A stretch of 64,000 nucleotides of DNA from Bdellovibrionales bacterium (lineage in GTDB: Bacteria; Bdellovibrionota; Bdellovibrionia; Bdellovibrionales; JAMPXM01): contig JAYUEN010000398.1 of NCBI GenBank assembly GCA_043739185.1, forward strand, positions 1-64,000, given 5' to 3'. Made by a program: the position numbers and the translations under genes. The notes beneath the pieces are model-generated. The model ran no database searches, had not been told where the DNA came from, and saw nothing but the letters and a program-made list of their open reading frames with translations. This document shows positions 1-10,395 of this stretch, one piece after another. Within the stretch, counting starts at the first letter, position 1; every line of letters begins with the position of its first letter.

Positions 1-1
1 A

Positions 2-1576
2 ACTTCGGTGATTTTAAAAATTGCCATAACAGAACAGGCGCCGAGATTTGATTATATGTCCGGCATAGTCAATGGGACCGTAGGGGTTTCAATTGGTATT
101 GTAGCGCCCACGAATTTTATGATGGGTGGTAGTATTACAAATTGCACAAGTGACAGAGCATTGCCGGGCGGATTGAGTCTTTCTCCTAATTGCGTAATAT
201 CGGGAACGCCCACTACGGAACAAATGATGAGGCCCTATATGATCACGGGTAGCAATTCAGGTGGCAATGGCATGGCAATGATATCAATCGTGATATCGCG
301 AGCCAATCTGCCGCTCAAGATTTCGAGTTTGTCGGTGTCGAATGGGGCCATGTGCGCGGTCTTAAATGGTCAGGTCCGTTGTACTTACTTTTTTGCAGGT
401 GGTCTGCAAGTCTATGATAAGCTTGATGGTCTTTCAAATGTTCAGCAAGTTTCGGTTTCTCCGAAAGACAATTCAAATGGTGCTCCATTTAGTTCGCTGG
501 TTTTTGCTTTAGCGGGCGGAGCCGTTTATCAATTGAGTCCGGCTCCTTATTGTGACAATAGTGACTTTAATTTAACGGATGCGCCTCAAATCAATTCGCC
601 TTCAAATTTTTCAGGATACCTGACTTCATCTTGGTGCAAGCTTTCTGGATGGACTTCAGGTGTCAGCAAGATCACATCGGGACAAGGTTATATCTGTGCC
701 ATTCATGGCGGCGCTGCGGAATGTGCGGGCGCCAATTCTCGCGGTCAACTTGGCATTGGAGGTCCTTACGGCGTGCCAGGCCCGCGAATGAATTCACCGA
801 TGCCAGTTTTAGGTCTTAGCTACGGTGTACAAGATATTTCGGCTAGCAAATTTACGACTTGTGCAGTTGCCAATGGTCAAGAGATGTGTTGGGGAGACAA
901 TTACTATAGCATTTTTGGATTTGACCCTGACTTTGCAAGCTGTGATGCCGCAAGAAATTGTTTTTCAAATGTTCCGGTAGCGGTTCAGGGAATGGGTGCG
1001 GGAATTTCATTTGCCGCTCTCGGAGCGAATTCGAATTGTTCAAGCGCCTATGGCAATGTCACATGTACAGGCCAAAATTGGAATGGAGAATTGGGTGACC
1101 CAGCTTTGGCAAAGGGTTTCGGCTGCAATCCCACTCAAAACTATCAGTGGACAGTCGGTCATACTTGTAAAGGAACGGCAAATGTTGTGGGACTTCAGCC
1201 CGGCAATGTCATAGGGTTCTCAGGTACTTCTTATACAAACAGCATCTCTAGCCCGGACTCATTTGCTATCGATACACGTTGTGCAATTATGGGAACAAAC
1301 CCTCTCGCCACAGCAGGAGTTTTGCAGTGCTGGGGATACAATGGGATGAATGGTGGTAGCTTCGGAAAATTAGGATTGCAATCCGTCTTAAGCAATGACG
1401 ATATGTACGGTATCGGGGGCTCAGCGATGCCAAGTACTCCAATGGGCTTTACTCAGATTTCTTCTGCCGTTCAAATTGGCGATTCAATGTTGGCAGTAGA
1501 GTCCAATTCTCAGGGAGACAAAATTTGGGTTTGGGGTGGAGGCGCTTCGCCAACAGCACTCAACATTAGCCAATAA
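2..1576 (+). CDS. 5'-partial surface protein: putative Ig (He_PIG-like) domain followed by RCC1/BLIP-II-like beta-propeller repeats
   Basis: Frame is open to the window edge. LPGGLSLSPNCVISGTPT..YMITGSNSGG resembles a putative Ig domain; repeated C-x-G-x-N-x-x-G-(Q/E)-LG units (CAGANSRGQLG, CWGDNYYS, CTGQNWNGELG, CWGYNG) resemble RCC1 blades. Confidence 0.75.
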   Translation, partial: TSVILKIAITEQAPRFDYMSGIVNGTVGVSIGIVAPTNFMMGGSITNCTSDRALPGGLSLSPNCVISGTPTTEQMMRPYMITGSNSGGNGMAMISIVISRANLPLKISSLSVSNGAMCAVLNGQVRCTYFFAGGLQVYDKLDGLSNVQQVSVSPKDNSNGAPFSSLVFALAGGAVYQLSPAPYCDNSDFNLTDAPQINSPSNFSGYLTSSWCKLSGWTSGVSKITSGQGYICAIHGGAAECAGANSRGQLGIGGPYGVPGPRMNSPMPVLGLSYGVQDISASKFTTCAVANGQEMCWGDNYYSIFGFDPDFASCDAARNCFSNVPVAVQGMGAGISFAALGANSNCSSAYGNVTCTGQNWNGELGDPALAKGFGCNPTQNYQWTVGHTCKGTANVVGLQPGNVIGFSGTSYTNSISSPDSFAIDTRCAIMGTNPLATAGVLQCWGYNGMNGGSFGKLGLQSVLSNDDMYGIGGSAMPSTPMGFTQISSAVQIGDSMLAVESNSQGDKIWVWGGGASPTALNISQ

Positions 1577-1652
1577 GTTCTTTTACATTTGTCTTAAACC
1601 CAAAATTAAGTCCTAGTTTTTGATTGCTCTTAAAAGCTTGGCAGCATAAAAT

Positions 1653-2951
1653 TTGAAAATGATTTTTCGGCTTGAGATAATTGCTTTTCTATTCAGTGTT
1701 TTTTTAGGTGTCACGAGCAGCTCAGTTCTTGCTTCTGAATTGCCAGATCCAAAATTTGAAATTTACCGTGTGGTCGGAACTCAAAAAAAAGTCATCACCT
1801 CTATTTCAGGCCAGGCCAAATGGAGTTGGGAAAAAGTCGGGGACGGCGTTCAAGCACTTAAAGTAAAAGCCAGTTTCAATTTGCCAGAAGTTTTGAAGTC
1901 TGCAACAGTTACCCCGACAAATTCGCAAACCAAAGTAAGTATAAAAGATCAAAAGTTAAATATTCTTACCAGTGAACTTGAAAGTACTCTCAATTTTAAA
2001 ACTCAACAAAACCAATCTATGCAGCTCAGTTTTAAATTTACTGCCTCTGGACTTATTTTTTTTGATCAGGGCTGCCAAGAAATGAGTTTACAGAGCAAAG
2101 TAGAGCCGAAAAGCTTAGCCTTCTATATAGGTCTAAAGTGCAACATAAAGCCAAGTGGCGTTCAGCTCTCATTGAGTTTACCTAGTGAGGCCGAAGTTGA
2201 AAATTCAAGCCTTCATGATTTGCAAGGTAAGGGTGAAAGCTGGAAGCTTTACGAATTTGGCAATCTAGATGCGGCCAAAGGAGAAGTAGCAAACTTTAAA
2301 ATTCGTTATTTGAAGCAAGTCTACAACCTTTCAATAGTCTCAGTAAAACAAGACGAAATAAAAAAGAAGGGTAAAGAAGCGAAGTTTGCCGTTGGTTTGG
2401 GTTATGATTCGCTCAAGTACGATAGCTCAATAGGAAAATTTACGGACTCAAAGCCCATATTTTTTTTAAAGGGCTTACCCTATAGTTTGTTTTGGCGGAT
2501 TGGAATGGGAATTGATCTCGAAATTGCTTTGGCATTAAGTAAAAGCGATAATAATATTTCATTTTTGCAGTTTTTGCCATACGGGTATTTGAGAATTATT
2601 GATTCTCCCGGCTTTCTTTTTGAGGGGCGCGGATATTTTTCGATTACCACTCAAGCCCATGCAGCGTCAGGAGGCGGTTACCAACTCAATCAAGTGGGCG
2701 CGGGCGCAAAAATGGGAGTCCGAGTTTTTGAACCTTGGTGGTTAAGTATTGAGTCCCGCCGAGATGGCTTGGGGTCAAATGTGGTAAATGCTCACTTGTT
2801 CGCTGACGTCTCAGTTATGCGGCGATCAAAAGACAAATCGAATCTGGTGTGGGGTGCAGGTTATCAGTTTCAAGACATAAAAATTAATGAGACGGTCACA
2901 TTACAAGATGAATTTAGTCAGTCGTTATTTTATCTAATGGCGGAGTTTTGA
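1653..2951 (+). CDS. Secreted protein with predicted C-terminal outer-membrane beta-barrel (paralog 1)
   Basis: Signal peptide (..SSVLA/SE), amphipathic strands in the last ~190 aa, terminal YLMAEF. Clear similarity to the next gene. Confidence 0.6.
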   Translation: MKMIFRLEIIAFLFSVFLGVTSSSVLASELPDPKFEIYRVVGTQKKVITSISGQAKWSWEKVGDGVQALKVKASFNLPEVLKSATVTPTNSQTKVSIKDQKLNILTSELESTLNFKTQQNQSMQLSFKFTASGLIFFDQGCQEMSLQSKVEPKSLAFYIGLKCNIKPSGVQLSLSLPSEAEVENSSLHDLQGKGESWKLYEFGNLDAAKGEVANFKIRYLKQVYNLSIVSVKQDEIKKKGKEAKFAVGLGYDSLKYDSSIGKFTDSKPIFFLKGLPYSLFWRIGMGIDLEIALALSKSDNNISFLQFLPYGYLRIIDSPGFLFEGRGYFSITTQAHAASGGGYQLNQVGAGAKMGVRVFEPWWLSIESRRDGLGSNVVNAHLFADVSVMRRSKDKSNLVWGAGYQFQDIKINETVTLQDEFSQSLFYLMAEF

Positions 2952-4225
2952 TGAAAGCTTGTATCCTGCTTGCGCTCATAATAATTTTTGCTCAAATCGG
3001 TTTGAGCAAGAGCTTGTTTGCCGAAGAAATGAATGCAAATTTTGAGATCAGTCAGCTAAAGGGCAATCAATGGGACAATCTCAATCTCAATCCGAAAATC
3101 ACCTATATTTGGGCAGCCAATGCCGAGGGTGCGCGCACTCTCAAATGGAAAGTCTTGGTCGATACCTCTTGGGATTTTAATGTTAACCCAGTTGCGGTTT
3201 CAACAAGCAAAGCACAGGTGAGAACAAAGGGTAATCGACTGCAATTGACGACCGAAGCTTTATCGAGCGAGTTTAAATTGAAAAGTGGCTTGCAAGTGCG
3301 CTTTCTGTTTAAAGCATTGAAGCCAGTTTTGATTGAGGAGAATTGTAAAAAAGCCGATTTGGCATTTCAAGCAAAATCAAATTCAGCGCCATTTTATCTG
3401 GGGGTGAGTTGTGTCGTCGTTAAGGATCAGGTGACCCTGCACTTGAGCTTTCCCGCTGAAGCAAATTTGATACAATCTTCGCTCTTTGAAACTCAAGGAA
3501 AAGGAGAAAATTTTCGCGTATATGATTTGAAAAAAATCACCGCCGCGCGTGGAACCATCGGAAGTTTTTTATTTTCCTATGGCGGACAAAATTATGAATA
3601 TTCTTTGATGTCCCTCAAGAAAGCTGGTGCCGAAGATGGTCGCGCGACTGAATCGCGATTCACGCTTTCTCTTGGCTATGGCAATATGACACTCAAGAGT
3701 GTGACCAGTGACTTCAATTCGCCGAGACCCTTTGCGGTAATTGCCTTAAGACCAAGAAGAATTTTAGGTAATTTGGCCGCCGGAGTTAATTTTGAAAATT
3801 CAATTGGAAGTACAGATAGTGCGAATCCCGCCTCGATGTCTTATTTTCAAGTGGCAGGATACGCGACTTATATTTTGGCTGTCACCGACTGGCTCGAAAT
3901 TCAACCCCGACTTTATTATGTGATCTCGAATCAAAGTTCAGGGTCCGGCGTCGGATATCAAACTGGTCAAGTCGGGTTTGGACTCTGGAATCAGCTGCGA
4001 ATTTCACAGCGCTTTTATTTTCAATTCGAAGGCATGACTGAAGCCATAAGTTCGCCTGTGATTACCGCTCACTATTACACTGAAGTCGGAATTTTTTATC
4101 GCGATCTTGGCCTTAGTTCAGGCTGGGGAGCTGCGCTGCAATTGCAAAAATATAGTGTCGCCGACTCGCTTCAAAATGCCCGGGATTTTGGGCAGATTTT
4201 TTACATTTTAAAACGTTCATTTTAG
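2951..4225 (+). CDS. Secreted protein with predicted C-terminal outer-membrane beta-barrel (paralog 2)
   Basis: Signal peptide, terminal YILKRSF. Shares FY(I/L)G..C, QGKGE and AA(K/R)G blocks with the upstream gene. Its ATG overlaps the upstream TGA. Confidence 0.6.
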   Translation: MKACILLALIIIFAQIGLSKSLFAEEMNANFEISQLKGNQWDNLNLNPKITYIWAANAEGARTLKWKVLVDTSWDFNVNPVAVSTSKAQVRTKGNRLQLTTEALSSEFKLKSGLQVRFLFKALKPVLIEENCKKADLAFQAKSNSAPFYLGVSCVVVKDQVTLHLSFPAEANLIQSSLFETQGKGENFRVYDLKKITAARGTIGSFLFSYGGQNYEYSLMSLKKAGAEDGRATESRFTLSLGYGNMTLKSVTSDFNSPRPFAVIALRPRRILGNLAAGVNFENSIGSTDSANPASMSYFQVAGYATYILAVTDWLEIQPRLYYVISNQSSGSGVGYQTGQVGFGLWNQLRISQRFYFQFEGMTEAISSPVITAHYYTEVGIFYRDLGLSSGWGAALQLQKYSVADSLQNARDFGQIFYILKRSF

Positions 4226-4370
4226 AAAAACCTTTTGTTTTTCTTTCTCATTTTGAGCCATAGATTTTTTGGGAAAATTTCAGTCTTTTTTAGTATTTGA
4301 CTAAAAGTTAGTCTCCCATTTTTTTTCTTAGTACCGATAAGAGACATAGAGCTTTATTCGTGGAGTTTTT

Positions 4371-7300
4371 TTGAATCCAAAATATAATAGATTTAAGCAC
4401 GTCATTCGCGGAGGAATTTTGAATCTCAGTTGGTTCGAATTTTTTTATTTCAATCGAAAAGCAATTGCTTTTGCACTTGTGGTCCTTCTTCCGACCGCAC
4501 TCTATTTTCAAAACTGTTCGCCTCAGGGTCGAAACTTTCTCAGCATTAAAGGCGAAGTGATAGCTCCGGTTTCTCCGTTTGCGGATAAAAAAGTAGTGCT
4601 CAATCCTGAAAGTTTTAGGAATGCGCCCACAACGGCTTCGCAAGATCCCAATGTTGATTCTTCACAAATGATTTCGGATGCGGTCCCGACACTCAAGGCA
4701 AAAGTTCGTCTTTTGGCAAAAATAAATAATGCTTGCGCCGCTTCTTGGTGTGATGGCAAAGCATATCTCGATTCTCTTTCCTGCGAAGGATTTTTACAGG
4801 GCCCACAGGAAAAATTGAAAAATAGTTACCAAATTTACGAAGTAAAAAATCCCGGCAGATTAAATGAATCTCAGTTGCAGGCATGGGCGACGAAGAGTCC
4901 TGTTGACCAAGCTTGTTTAAAGGGAGTTTCTGAATTGAGGGTTTATTATCCTCAGGCTTTCAACGATACCTTTTATGCCACTTATCAAAAACCTCGCTTA
5001 GATCTTATTAATTTTGATGCGGGTCAATCTTATTTTCCAGAAAATGCATTGTCGCAAGTAAAAGTGGGAGTGATAGATTCAGGGATTGCCGGTGACAGCG
5101 TAGAGCTGCCAAATGTGGCGGCGCGAACCAATGTCAGCGATGTTGGCAATGATCCGCCTCTGTTTGCTGGCGGCGATCAAACCAAGCCAAATTATTTTCA
5201 CGGAACTTTTGTTGCCGGTATCATTGGTGCGAAGAGAAATAATAATAGCGGATTCGTCGGAGTTGCGCCAAATGTTGCGCTGTATGCATATGGTGTTGGC
5301 AATGGTTTGGGCTCTATGAGTAATCGTGAAATCGGCAATGCCATTCAAGACGTGGTCATTGATCAAATGGATGTGGTCAATATGTCCTTTGGAAATTCAG
5401 CAGGCTATTATAGTGATGATCCCGTTGTTTCAGATGCTTTAATTGATGGTTACAACGCCAATATTTTATTTATTGTTGCCGCCGGAAACAGTGGGCAGAA
5501 TTTGGATATAAACCCATCTTATCCAGCACAATATTCTTTTACTTTGCAAAATGTGATTACAGTTGCGGCTTCTGATACAATCGGAAATATAGCAAGCTTT
5601 TCAAATCGAAGTTCGACTTATGTTAACATCATGGCTCCAGGAGTTGGGATCGCATCGACTTTTCCCAGTAATTTGCCTCTACCTTCCGGCACTGGTTCAG
5701 ACAATGTTGTGGTTTCGCAAGGAACGTCTTTTGCTGCTCCGATGGTGGCGGGTGCCGCAGCTTTGGCTATTGGAGCTTTGCGCTTTAAGAATTTGTCTCC
5801 AGATGTTGGCGCATTGAAAAAATTGTTAACTGTAGATGGTGCTAAAAGTCGAAGTGATTTAACAAATTATGTTCACAACGGAGCCATCTTAGATTTAGTG
5901 TCATTGGGTCAGGCCTTGCAAAGTATGACATCGGCTGCGCCGATCACACTTTCAGAAGTCAGACAAAGTGATACCAATGGTAATCCGACAGTTCAATTGA
6001 CGATTTCTTACGACTCAAGTCAGTTGTCAAATGTAGCGCCAAATTCTAAAATCGGAATTTTTGATTTAACTTCAGGATGCAATTTCTCAGCTCCTTGTTT
6101 GATTCAAAGTTTTGACTATCCTTCTGCGAATGCAAAATGTGTTCTTTCAAGTTGTTATTTTACTGTGACTCTCACACGTGACCAAGTTGTTTCAATGATG
6201 TCGGCTAAAAACGATCCTTCACAAAAACTCTCTTTAGCGGTTGCGATCTATCATGTTGTAACTGGCAAATCGCTTTATGGATTAGATGCTTCAACGCATA
6301 TCAATCTTCGTGATTTGCCTGCTGTGAATGTCGGGCTCCCACTTATGGGAGGGGTTACAAACATAAGAATGGATATGCAAAATTTTTATGTGCAGGGTTG
6401 GGCCTGTTTGCCGGGCTCCGAAAGAGCCATTAAAGTCGGAATAGTAGATGCGAACAATCAAGCCATACCAGCTGATTTTGCCTATGCTTATCCATTTATG
6501 ATTCCTCATGGGACTCCATTTGATCTGGTCGGCGACGTAGGTGATTGGATGACGAACTATGATCCAAAAACCCAGACATTTAATAGTGGTATGTTACATT
6601 CCGTGCCTTATATGGCCGGAGGAATTGTGGTTTCTCAGTTAGGTCAAAGTACCTATTTATCAGGTTTAGAATCCAATCCCCAATTGGTCGGGCCTTGTCA
6701 ATCGCTTACGGCTTCTCATGGTTTTGAATTGGTCATTCCTTTCGGAAAAATAGCAGGCTCTTCTCTCTCGGGAAAAAACTTTAAAGTGCAAGCCGGTGAT
6801 TCATTAGAATTATCTTTGGCGGATCAGTCTGGATTGAGCTTGTTTGAATTTCCCGATGTAGTTCAAGGAGCCACCGAGAGCAAATTCAATGTAGCGAGAG
6901 ATTCATCGAACTATCAATTGAGCGGAGGGCTTTGTTCAAGTTCACCTTCCCCAGTTGAAGTTGAAGTGACTTATACGACTTACAATTATGTCGCGGCCTT
7001 GACCGGGCTGATTCCGAATGTGAATACAATACCCCAAGGTCTGGTTAGCGATTCGAGTCTGTTGCCGACAAATGCACTTCCTTTACCCGTTGAAACAATT
7101 AATCATACCTCTAATTCTGATATGACCCTTCGAATAACTACGGATACATTGCTTGCTACAGATACGGACCCATTTACAATTGCTTATAAATCCTATTTAC
7201 AAAATCCGCCAAACGCTGCAGTTGGAGGACCGAGTTTCGGCTCAGGTATATCAGATTCTTTGTTGCAACAATTCACAACCAATGTAAATGCTCACAAGAG

Positions 7301-7919
7301 TTTTTTAAGAGTTGGTACGGGTGAGTCGTTGGTATTTTTTCGCGACCAAGCCAATATGGCTGCCGGGTCGGCATGGGATACTGCTTTGGCCAGTTATCAA
7401 ACCGCAAGAACAGGTTTAACATCTACAGTCGGCCTAGGTGACCCTCAGTACTGGGATTACTATGATGTCGGCACGCCTTTTTCAAATGATTTGATTGGCT
7501 ATGATTTGAAGTACCATTTTCCTGATGTTTCAAACGCGCTTCGCATGAATTATCAGATCACAACAGCGCTTCGTGAAGTCAAAAAATATGAAACCCCACT
7601 GGCCAAGAATACAGGCGTGCTCGCTCATTCAAATCTCACTGTCAATTGGTCGGGTATATGTAGTAGCGGGTATCGTCATGAGTTTCCGTCATCTTATATG
7701 ATCAATAATTATGTTAATTTTGCGCCCTTTTATACCAACGGCAATTCTGGATTTTGGGTCAGTGGCAATTCACCTCAGTCGATTGCAAAGACCACAGTCC
7801 AGGCGGCAATGCAGAATCTACCGCTGACTTTGAGATTCTTTCAGGATGGTAAACTCATTCTTCATATTGAGTCGGATTCAAGTTCAAATTTCAATCAAGT
7901 GGTTTATAATTTCAGGTAA
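4371..7919 (+). CDS. Large S8 subtilisin-family serine protease, probable lipoprotein, with ~660-aa uncharacterised C-terminal region
   Basis: Catalytic motifs VGVIDSG, HGTFVAGII, AAGN and GTSFAAPMVAG. Hydrophobic segment followed by YFQNC. GGAG precedes the TTG start. Confidence 0.9.
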   Translation: MNPKYNRFKHVIRGGILNLSWFEFFYFNRKAIAFALVVLLPTALYFQNCSPQGRNFLSIKGEVIAPVSPFADKKVVLNPESFRNAPTTASQDPNVDSSQMISDAVPTLKAKVRLLAKINNACAASWCDGKAYLDSLSCEGFLQGPQEKLKNSYQIYEVKNPGRLNESQLQAWATKSPVDQACLKGVSELRVYYPQAFNDTFYATYQKPRLDLINFDAGQSYFPENALSQVKVGVIDSGIAGDSVELPNVAARTNVSDVGNDPPLFAGGDQTKPNYFHGTFVAGIIGAKRNNNSGFVGVAPNVALYAYGVGNGLGSMSNREIGNAIQDVVIDQMDVVNMSFGNSAGYYSDDPVVSDALIDGYNANILFIVAAGNSGQNLDINPSYPAQYSFTLQNVITVAASDTIGNIASFSNRSSTYVNIMAPGVGIASTFPSNLPLPSGTGSDNVVVSQGTSFAAPMVAGAAALAIGALRFKNLSPDVGALKKLLTVDGAKSRSDLTNYVHNGAILDLVSLGQALQSMTSAAPITLSEVRQSDTNGNPTVQLTISYDSSQLSNVAPNSKIGIFDLTSGCNFSAPCLIQSFDYPSANAKCVLSSCYFTVTLTRDQVVSMMSAKNDPSQKLSLAVAIYHVVTGKSLYGLDASTHINLRDLPAVNVGLPLMGGVTNIRMDMQNFYVQGWACLPGSERAIKVGIVDANNQAIPADFAYAYPFMIPHGTPFDLVGDVGDWMTNYDPKTQTFNSGMLHSVPYMAGGIVVSQLGQSTYLSGLESNPQLVGPCQSLTASHGFELVIPFGKIAGSSLSGKNFKVQAGDSLELSLADQSGLSLFEFPDVVQGATESKFNVARDSSNYQLSGGLCSSSPSPVEVEVTYTTYNYVAALTGLIPNVNTIPQGLVSDSSLLPTNALPLPVETINHTSNSDMTLRITTDTLLATDTDPFTIAYKSYLQNPPNAAVGGPSFGSGISDSLLQQFTTNVNAHKSFLRVGTGESLVFFRDQANMAAGSAWDTALASYQTARTGLTSTVGLGDPQYWDYYDVGTPFSNDLIGYDLKYHFPDVSNALRMNYQITTALREVKKYETPLAKNTGVLAHSNLTVNWSGICSSGYRHEFPSSYMINNYVNFAPFYTNGNSGFWVSGNSPQSIAKTTVQAAMQNLPLTLRFFQDGKLILHIESDSSSNFNQVVYNFR

Positions 7920-7935
7920 GAGGAGACTTCAGCAC

Positions 7936-10395
7936 GTGATTTTTCTACATTCGGTCTTGAAAAAAGATGTTTCCGAATTGCCCAAAATACTATTTGGTCT
8001 CATTGCACTTTTTTTGGTTATGAGTTGCACTGGTAAAGTAAATACCGAAACCAGTATTGCAAGTGCAGTTGAATCTATGGCTGCACAAAATTCAGTATCC
8101 CTCATTTCAAACTCGACACAATCTCAAAATAAATGCGAAGTTGGAAATACGGTTGTGATTCAAGTAGCACTTTCATCAATCGCGCAATATTATTGTCGGG
8201 ACCTTTCAACACTAATGGATTCAGTAAAATTAGGACCCATTTGTAGCGGTGGAATTTCGATTCAGGCTTTAAAGGTAGACGGAAGTGCAAAGGATTGCCA
8301 TCAGCTTACGATTTGCGGCAAAACTTTTGATTCAAAAATTGATATTACCAAGCGAATAGACGGCACCACGGTTCAACAATTGACCTTCAGCAATTTGCCC
8401 TGGGGCTGCGAAGGTCGAATTGAAGCATCTACAAGTAGTTCATTTGATACGCCTGATACACAAAAAGTCAGCTTTCAAGTATTGCCGCCGTCTTGTCCGT
8501 TTTGTCAGGCGAGTAATGGGGTCACTTGCAATGCTTGCGCATCGGCAACTGATTCAACTTTTATTGCCGGACAAATGATTCCCAATACTTGTACTGGTGG
8601 CTGCAAAAGCTGCGCATATCCGCCGCCAAATAGTCCTTCTGCAAGTATTCCAGGAGTTTCGGTTGTTCAAGTAAACCATGCGGGTATTGGTGCTTTTTAT
8701 ACTACTGCAAATGCGGTATGCGGTCAGACTTGTAATCAAGTTCAGCAAATCAGGGTTTGCAATAATGGAGCTTGGGTCGCTGGTTCGGATGTGAGTTTTT
8801 CGACTCAATGTCAAGAGCCTTCGAGTTCAAGTTGTTCTGCAGGTCCGCATTCAGTTTCTCAAGTGATGAGTCAAATTTCAACGAGCATTGGTAGTGCATT
8901 TAATATGAGTGGTGTGACGAGAAGGAGTTTCGCCGCTGCGTTTATCCCAACCTGCATTGATTGTCAGGCGGGTAAATGTGCAACTTGTAAGGCGGCAAGC
9001 GGAGCTGATGGTTTTATTTTGTATTCTCAGGCTTCAGTTGCCAACGGGGTAAATTGCTCGACGGTTAGTCAATGTAAAACCTGTGTGAACGGACTTTTTC
9101 AGGGGGACCCCACCTTCAATTACAATTCCTGCTCTTCACTTTCGGCCTCATGCAATCAAAAATTACTCTCAGCAGCTGTGCCATCAGGATCATCACAAAT
9201 TTTTTATAACGGCGGCGCTTGCGATCCGATTAGTCTTCAATGCCTAGACGGAAATTGGAATGCCTCTGGTGCGGCAGTCTCTCAAGCTTTAGCTGATAGC
9301 TATACTCTTACTTGTATTAAGGCAGTCGATTGCAAAACCTCTGCAGGAATTCCAATCCTAAATGGTGCTTCACTATATGTATTTGATACGGCCCTGGTTG
9401 ATTCAACTGACAATTGTTATTCGGCATCACACTATCGATATTTGAGTTGTGCAAGTGGTTCAGTTGCCCCCTCTGATCCCGGAGTCACATTTAGTTTCAA
9501 AACTTGCACGACTAAGAAATGTGTTGATCCCAGGGATAGTTCAAAAACCATTAACGCAGGTACTACGGTTTCTTATTGGTCAGTTGCTCCACCAAATTGT
9601 TCGGCACTGCCAAGCCCTCAAGCCTATTGTGATAATAATAAAATTACAATTACTTGTCCGGCTTCTGGTGGTACGGCAACGGTTTCTCCGGCTTCGGCAA
9701 CGAATCTTTCAAGCTTTACAAATAATTCTTGTGTGGTCCCGACTTCGTGTACGGGCTGTGTTTTTAATAAAACAGATGCCACCAATATTAGTGTCGCCTT
9801 TGACGGCACTATTACTTTATTTAAAGTGGCCGCTTCGGATCTTTGCCAAGGCGTGGGGAAATTATTTAAATGTCAGCAGGGCGTAAATGGAGCCGCTCCA
9901 TTTTTGCTTGATACGACAGGCGCTAGTGAAAAAGATTCGGTATATCCGTATTTGAATTGCAGCCCAACCGGTGGCGCAGACCAAGGGAATTTGGGTGGAA
10001 CCGGAGGCGGAACCGGGAATGATAACGGCCCGGGCGCAGCCCTTAAAAAGCGGTTTGGCGGAGGAGACGGAAGTGGTGGAGGGGGTCTTGGTTGCGTCGA
10101 CGCAACTATTTGTCCCGCCCATTATTCAAAGGCTTCACAACCTTTCACCGTTTTATTTAATCCGTGTTTATTACCGTGGCCAGGTCGAATCGGCGAGATC
10201 GAGTTTTATGGTTCGATCATTGCCTTTAGTAGTTCAGGCTTAAATCTTGCCTCTGGTACTTCCGATACTGTTTGCGTAACCAAACCTGATACTTGTTCGA
10301 AGCACCGTCAATCTCGTACTTGTCACTATCCCAATTGGACCGGCACTGATGATTTCAAATATCCAAATTGCGTTGAGAAAACGAGTTGCCCATGA
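7936..10395 (+). CDS. Cys-rich repeat lipoprotein (about 7 repeats of ~55-75 aa)
   Basis: GTG start with AGGAG at 7921-7925; lipobox LVMS-C; repeated C..G....(Y/F)......C......C..G....(F/Y)..C units. Confidence 0.7.
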   Translation: MIFLHSVLKKDVSELPKILFGLIALFLVMSCTGKVNTETSIASAVESMAAQNSVSLISNSTQSQNKCEVGNTVVIQVALSSIAQYYCRDLSTLMDSVKLGPICSGGISIQALKVDGSAKDCHQLTICGKTFDSKIDITKRIDGTTVQQLTFSNLPWGCEGRIEASTSSSFDTPDTQKVSFQVLPPSCPFCQASNGVTCNACASATDSTFIAGQMIPNTCTGGCKSCAYPPPNSPSASIPGVSVVQVNHAGIGAFYTTANAVCGQTCNQVQQIRVCNNGAWVAGSDVSFSTQCQEPSSSSCSAGPHSVSQVMSQISTSIGSAFNMSGVTRRSFAAAFIPTCIDCQAGKCATCKAASGADGFILYSQASVANGVNCSTVSQCKTCVNGLFQGDPTFNYNSCSSLSASCNQKLLSAAVPSGSSQIFYNGGACDPISLQCLDGNWNASGAAVSQALADSYTLTCIKAVDCKTSAGIPILNGASLYVFDTALVDSTDNCYSASHYRYLSCASGSVAPSDPGVTFSFKTCTTKKCVDPRDSSKTINAGTTVSYWSVAPPNCSALPSPQAYCDNNKITITCPASGGTATVSPASATNLSSFTNNSCVVPTSCTGCVFNKTDATNISVAFDGTITLFKVAASDLCQGVGKLFKCQQGVNGAAPFLLDTTGASEKDSVYPYLNCSPTGGADQGNLGGTGGGTGNDNGPGAALKKRFGGGDGSGGGGLGCVDATICPAHYSKASQPFTVLFNPCLLPWPGRIGEIEFYGSIIAFSSSGLNLASGTSDTVCVTKPDTCSKHRQSRTCHYPNWTGTDDFKYPNCVEKTSCP

